64,000 nucleotides of DNA from an uncultured Acidobacteriota bacterium. GTDB lineage: Bacteria > Acidobacteriota > Vicinamibacteria > Vicinamibacterales > UBA2999. The position numbers and the translations under genes are program-made. Each line of letters starts with the position of its first letter. Positions within the stretch are counted from its first letter, which is position 1. The stretch spans positions 83,992 to 147,991 of the forward strand of contig CAVXMP010000007.1 of assembly GCA_963762925.1 (NCBI GenBank), in the 5' to 3' direction. Under the pieces are notes generated by a model, which was given only the letters and a program-made list of their open reading frames with translations, made no database searches and had not been told where the DNA came from. Positions 61,607 through 64,000 of the stretch are shown here, piece after piece.

Positions 61607-62740
61607 TTATCGCTGGTCGAGCGCTACCCAGGCCTGAGGGTACGCTGGTCCGGTGTAATCGGCGCGCGGGCGGATCAAGCGGTTATTGGCGTATTGCTCG
61701 AGGATGTGGGCGGTCCATCCCGAGACGCGGCTCACCGCAAAAATCGGCGTATAGAGATCAATCGCGATCCCCATCGTGTAATACGTCGAGGCGGAGTAGA
61801 AGTCGACGTTCGCGAAAAGCTTCTTCTCACCGCGGACGAGCCCTTCGATCCGTTCCGACATCTCGAACCACTTGGTGTTACCGGCCTTCTCGCCGAGTTC
61901 CTTCGACATCCGGCGCAGGTGCGTCGCGCGCGGATCTTCGGTGCGGTACACGCGGTGGCCGAAGCCGGAGATCTTTTCCTTGCGCGCAAACTTGTCGCGA
62001 ACGTAGCGATCGATGCGCTCAGGCGTGGCGTCCTGCCCAAGCTCGATCAGCATCTTCATCACGTCAGCGTTGGCGCCGCCGTGCAGCGGCCCTTTGAGCG
62101 TCCCGATGCCGGCGACGACCGCGGAATGAACGTCGGTGAGAGTCGCCGCGGCGACGCGCGCGGCAAACGTCGAGGCATTGAGCTCGTGATCGGCGTGCAG
62201 CGTGAGGGCGATGTCCATCGCACGCGTCTCGATCGGGCTGGGCCGCTGCCCCGTCAACATGTAAAGAAAGCTCGCCGCGTGGCCCATGGCCGGATCCGGC
62301 TGGACGATACCGCCGCCCTGTTGCATGCGCCCCCAGGTGGCGACCAGGCTCGCGATTTGTGCCGTCAGACGCACCGACTTGCGATACGACGCCGGTTGTG
62401 AGTTGTCGCTGGCATCCGGATCGTAGTGACCGAGGACCGACGTCAGCGTCCGCAGCGCGTCCATGCCGTCGGCGGCCGGCAGCATTTTCATGAAGCGAAT
62501 CACCGATTCGGGAAGCGCGCGATGCGCAGCGAGCTGCGACTGCAAATCGCCCAGCTCGGCGCGATTCGGTAAGCGCCCGTGCCACAGCAGGTAGCAGGTT
62601 TCTTCGAAGGTGGCGAAGCGCGCCAGGTCGTGAATGTCGTACCCGCGATACGCGAGCACGCCGCGATCTCCGTCGAGGAAACAAATCGCGGAGGTTGTTG
62701 CGACGACGTCCTGGAGACCAGCTTTTGCTTCGACGCTCAT
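61607..62740 (-). CDS. gltA: citrate (or 2-methylcitrate) synthase
   Basis: 377 aa. GFGHRVYRTEDPR citrate-synthase signature and LHADHELNAST. Confidence 0.88.
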   Translation of the reverse strand: MSVEAKAGLQDVVATTSAICFLDGDRGVLAYRGYDIHDLARFATFEETCYLLWHGRLPNRAELGDLQSQLAAHRALPESVIRFMKMLPAADGMDALRTLTSVLGHYDPDASDNSQPASYRKSVRLTAQIASLVATWGRMQQGGGIVQPDPAMGHAASFLYMLTGQRPSPIETRAMDIALTLHADHELNASTFAARVAAATLTDVHSAVVAGIGTLKGPLHGGANADVMKMLIELGQDATPERIDRYVRDKFARKEKISGFGHRVYRTEDPRATHLRRMSKELGEKAGNTKWFEMSERIEGLVRGEKKLFANVDFYSASTYYTMGIAIDLYTPIFAVSRVSGWTAHILEQYANNRLIRPRADYTGPAYPQAWVALDQR

Positions 62741-62752
62741 AAAGAACCGTTC

Positions 62753-62808
62753 GGCTTAGGGCTTAGGGCTTAGGGCCTACGTAAGCCGTAAGCCGTGCGC
62801 CGTAAGCC
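62753..62808. repeat. hairpin element: (GGCTTAG)x3 arm and complementary (TAAGCCG) arm
   Basis: GGCTTAGGGCTTAGGGCTTAGGGCCTACGTAAGCCGTAAGCCGTGCGCCGTAAGCC. Sits between the GT2 stop (62810) and the citrate synthase start (62740). Confidence 0.8.
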
Positions 62809-62809
62809 A

Positions 62810-64000
62810 TCAGGCTTCCTTCTGGGCGACCTGGACCACCGTGTCGTCGGCGTACTGCTGGAAGATCGAGAGCAGGCCGGTATACAGAAATCCCACCTGG
62901 AAGAGCATCAGGAACGGCACGGTCGCGTAGATGCCGTTGGCCATCGCGTAAAACAGGGTGGCCGTGAAATAGAGCCCGAGCGCCACTTCGATCATCGGTT
63001 GCAGCGCAACCGACTGGCGGTATCTTCTTGCCCTTCCACTCATCGCTTCGCCCTTCGATGTGGTACTTGGGCGTGCGCTCGAAGGCGCTGGGTTTGTGGA
63101 AAAGGGCCTCGAAGACGGCTTTCGTATTGTTCACGGCCAGGCCAATGCCAATCGACATCAGCAACGGCAGGTAGCGCAGCCGGTCGGTCCATGTGTGCGG
63201 GTACAGCTCGCGCTGACACACCATATAGAAATTCGCGACTGATGCGGTCGCGGCGAAAAACAGCGGTACGTCGATGAGGAGCATCTCGTACCAACCCATG
63301 TTGTAGCGGATGACCATCGAGGGCGCTAACAACAGCGACAACACGCACATCAGCGGGTAGTTGAAATTCGCCGACAGATGAAAGAACGCTTCCGCTTTGA
63401 CCCGCAGCGGCAGGTCCGACTGCAGGATGCGCGGCATCAGCTTCAGGAACGTCTGAATCGATCCCTTTGCCCACCGATGCTGCTGCGATTTGAACGCGTT
63501 CATCTCCACCGGCAATTCCGCCGGCGCCACGTGGTCGGGCAGGAAGATGAACTGCCAGCCGCGCAGCTGCGCTCGATAACTGAGATCGAGATCTTCGGTC
63601 AACGTGTCGTGTTGCCACCCGCCGGCATCCACAATCGCCGCGCGCCGCCAGACGCCCGCGGTCCCATTGAAGTTGAAGAAACACCCGCCACGATTACGCC
63701 CACCATGCTCGAGCACGAAATGCGCGTCGAGGAGGATCGCCTGGATCTTCGTGAGGAGCGAATAGTCCTCGTTGATGTGCCCCCACCGTGTCTGCACCAT
63801 CGCCACCTTGTCGGCGGCAAAATGGTGAATCGTGCGCATCAGGAAATCGGGCTGTGGGCTGAAGTCGGCGTCGAAGATTGCGATGAACTCACCCTTCGCG
63901 GTCCGCATCGCTTCGTCGAGCGCGCCGGCTTTGTAGCCATGCCGGTCGGTCCGGTGAATGTACTTGATGTCGATGCCCTGCACCGAGTAGCGGCGCACGG
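62810..64000 (-). pseudogene. processive family-2 glycosyltransferase (cellulose/hyaluronan-synthase-like), 5' end outside the window, one frameshift
   Basis: FDADF, TEDLDLSYR and QQHRWAKG (QxxRW), followed by C-terminal TMs. Track ORFs 62763..63998 and 62810..63043 join near 63035. Confidence 0.85.

Noticed and set aside
62753-62808. Telomere or linear-replicon end, suggested by the TTAGGG-like repeats
   Set aside because: There are only three units, embedded between two ordinary chromosomal genes and immediately followed by the complementary arm. This is a hairpin element, not a terminus.

Overview
GC-rich bacterial chromosomal window. The gene set (LptD, H+-PPase, a HEAT/cyclophilin lipoprotein, a CarboxypepD_reg+TPR protein, DinB) fits a Gram-negative soil lineage such as Acidobacteriota, but the taxon cannot be proven from the sequence. 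It holds about 60 tightly packed, mostly housekeeping genes. Left to right these are: hppA, DUF502, uppP, secF, secD, yajC and tgt (minus strand); ddl; a ~960 bp non-coding island; a HEAT-cyclophilin lipoprotein and an OSBS-like enzyme; a deoxynucleoside kinase, accD, folC, lptD; a deoxyhexose/polyprenol block (rmlA, rmlB, epimerase, polyprenol-kinase-like, DUF92, radical SAM); a Clp ATPase, an M20 peptidase and thiC with a TPP riboswitch; rlmI; a ~11 kb fatty-acid/4-hydroxyacid-type beta-oxidation cluster; two MFS transporters and a CaiB CoA-transferase; ABC-F, DinB, glyA, a DinG-like helicase, a TPR protein, yggS, divIVA, FTCD-cyclodeaminase, hutI, DUF167, lepB, lepA; a serine hydrolase, citrate synthase and a GT2 synthase. 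I found no rRNA, tRNA, CRISPR, transposase, integrase or phage genes. Four things are not ordinary. (1) Two tandem micro-ORFs, each with its own terminator, encode near-identical 18-aa Lys/Ala polycations, and the copies differ almost only at synonymous sites. (2) A dispersed family of 3'-end hairpin elements has arms built from tandem 7-18 nt simple repeats, a different arm word at each locus. Five loci share the core AATTACGCNGATTG, and two inverted copies bracket the ABC-F gene. (3) About 30 single-base frameshifts interrupt otherwise well-conserved genes, and roughly two thirds of them fall in one 3.4 kb block (20.2-23.6 kb). This looks like consensus error in a hard-to-assemble glycan locus rather than decay. 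(4) Two gene pairings have functional implications: a VTE5-like plus VTE6-like polyprenol kinase pair, and an APH-type kinase plus ACAD10/11-type dehydrogenase with an SDR and an acyl-CoA ligase. Coordinates of hairpins and repeats are hand-read and may be off by 1-2 nt.
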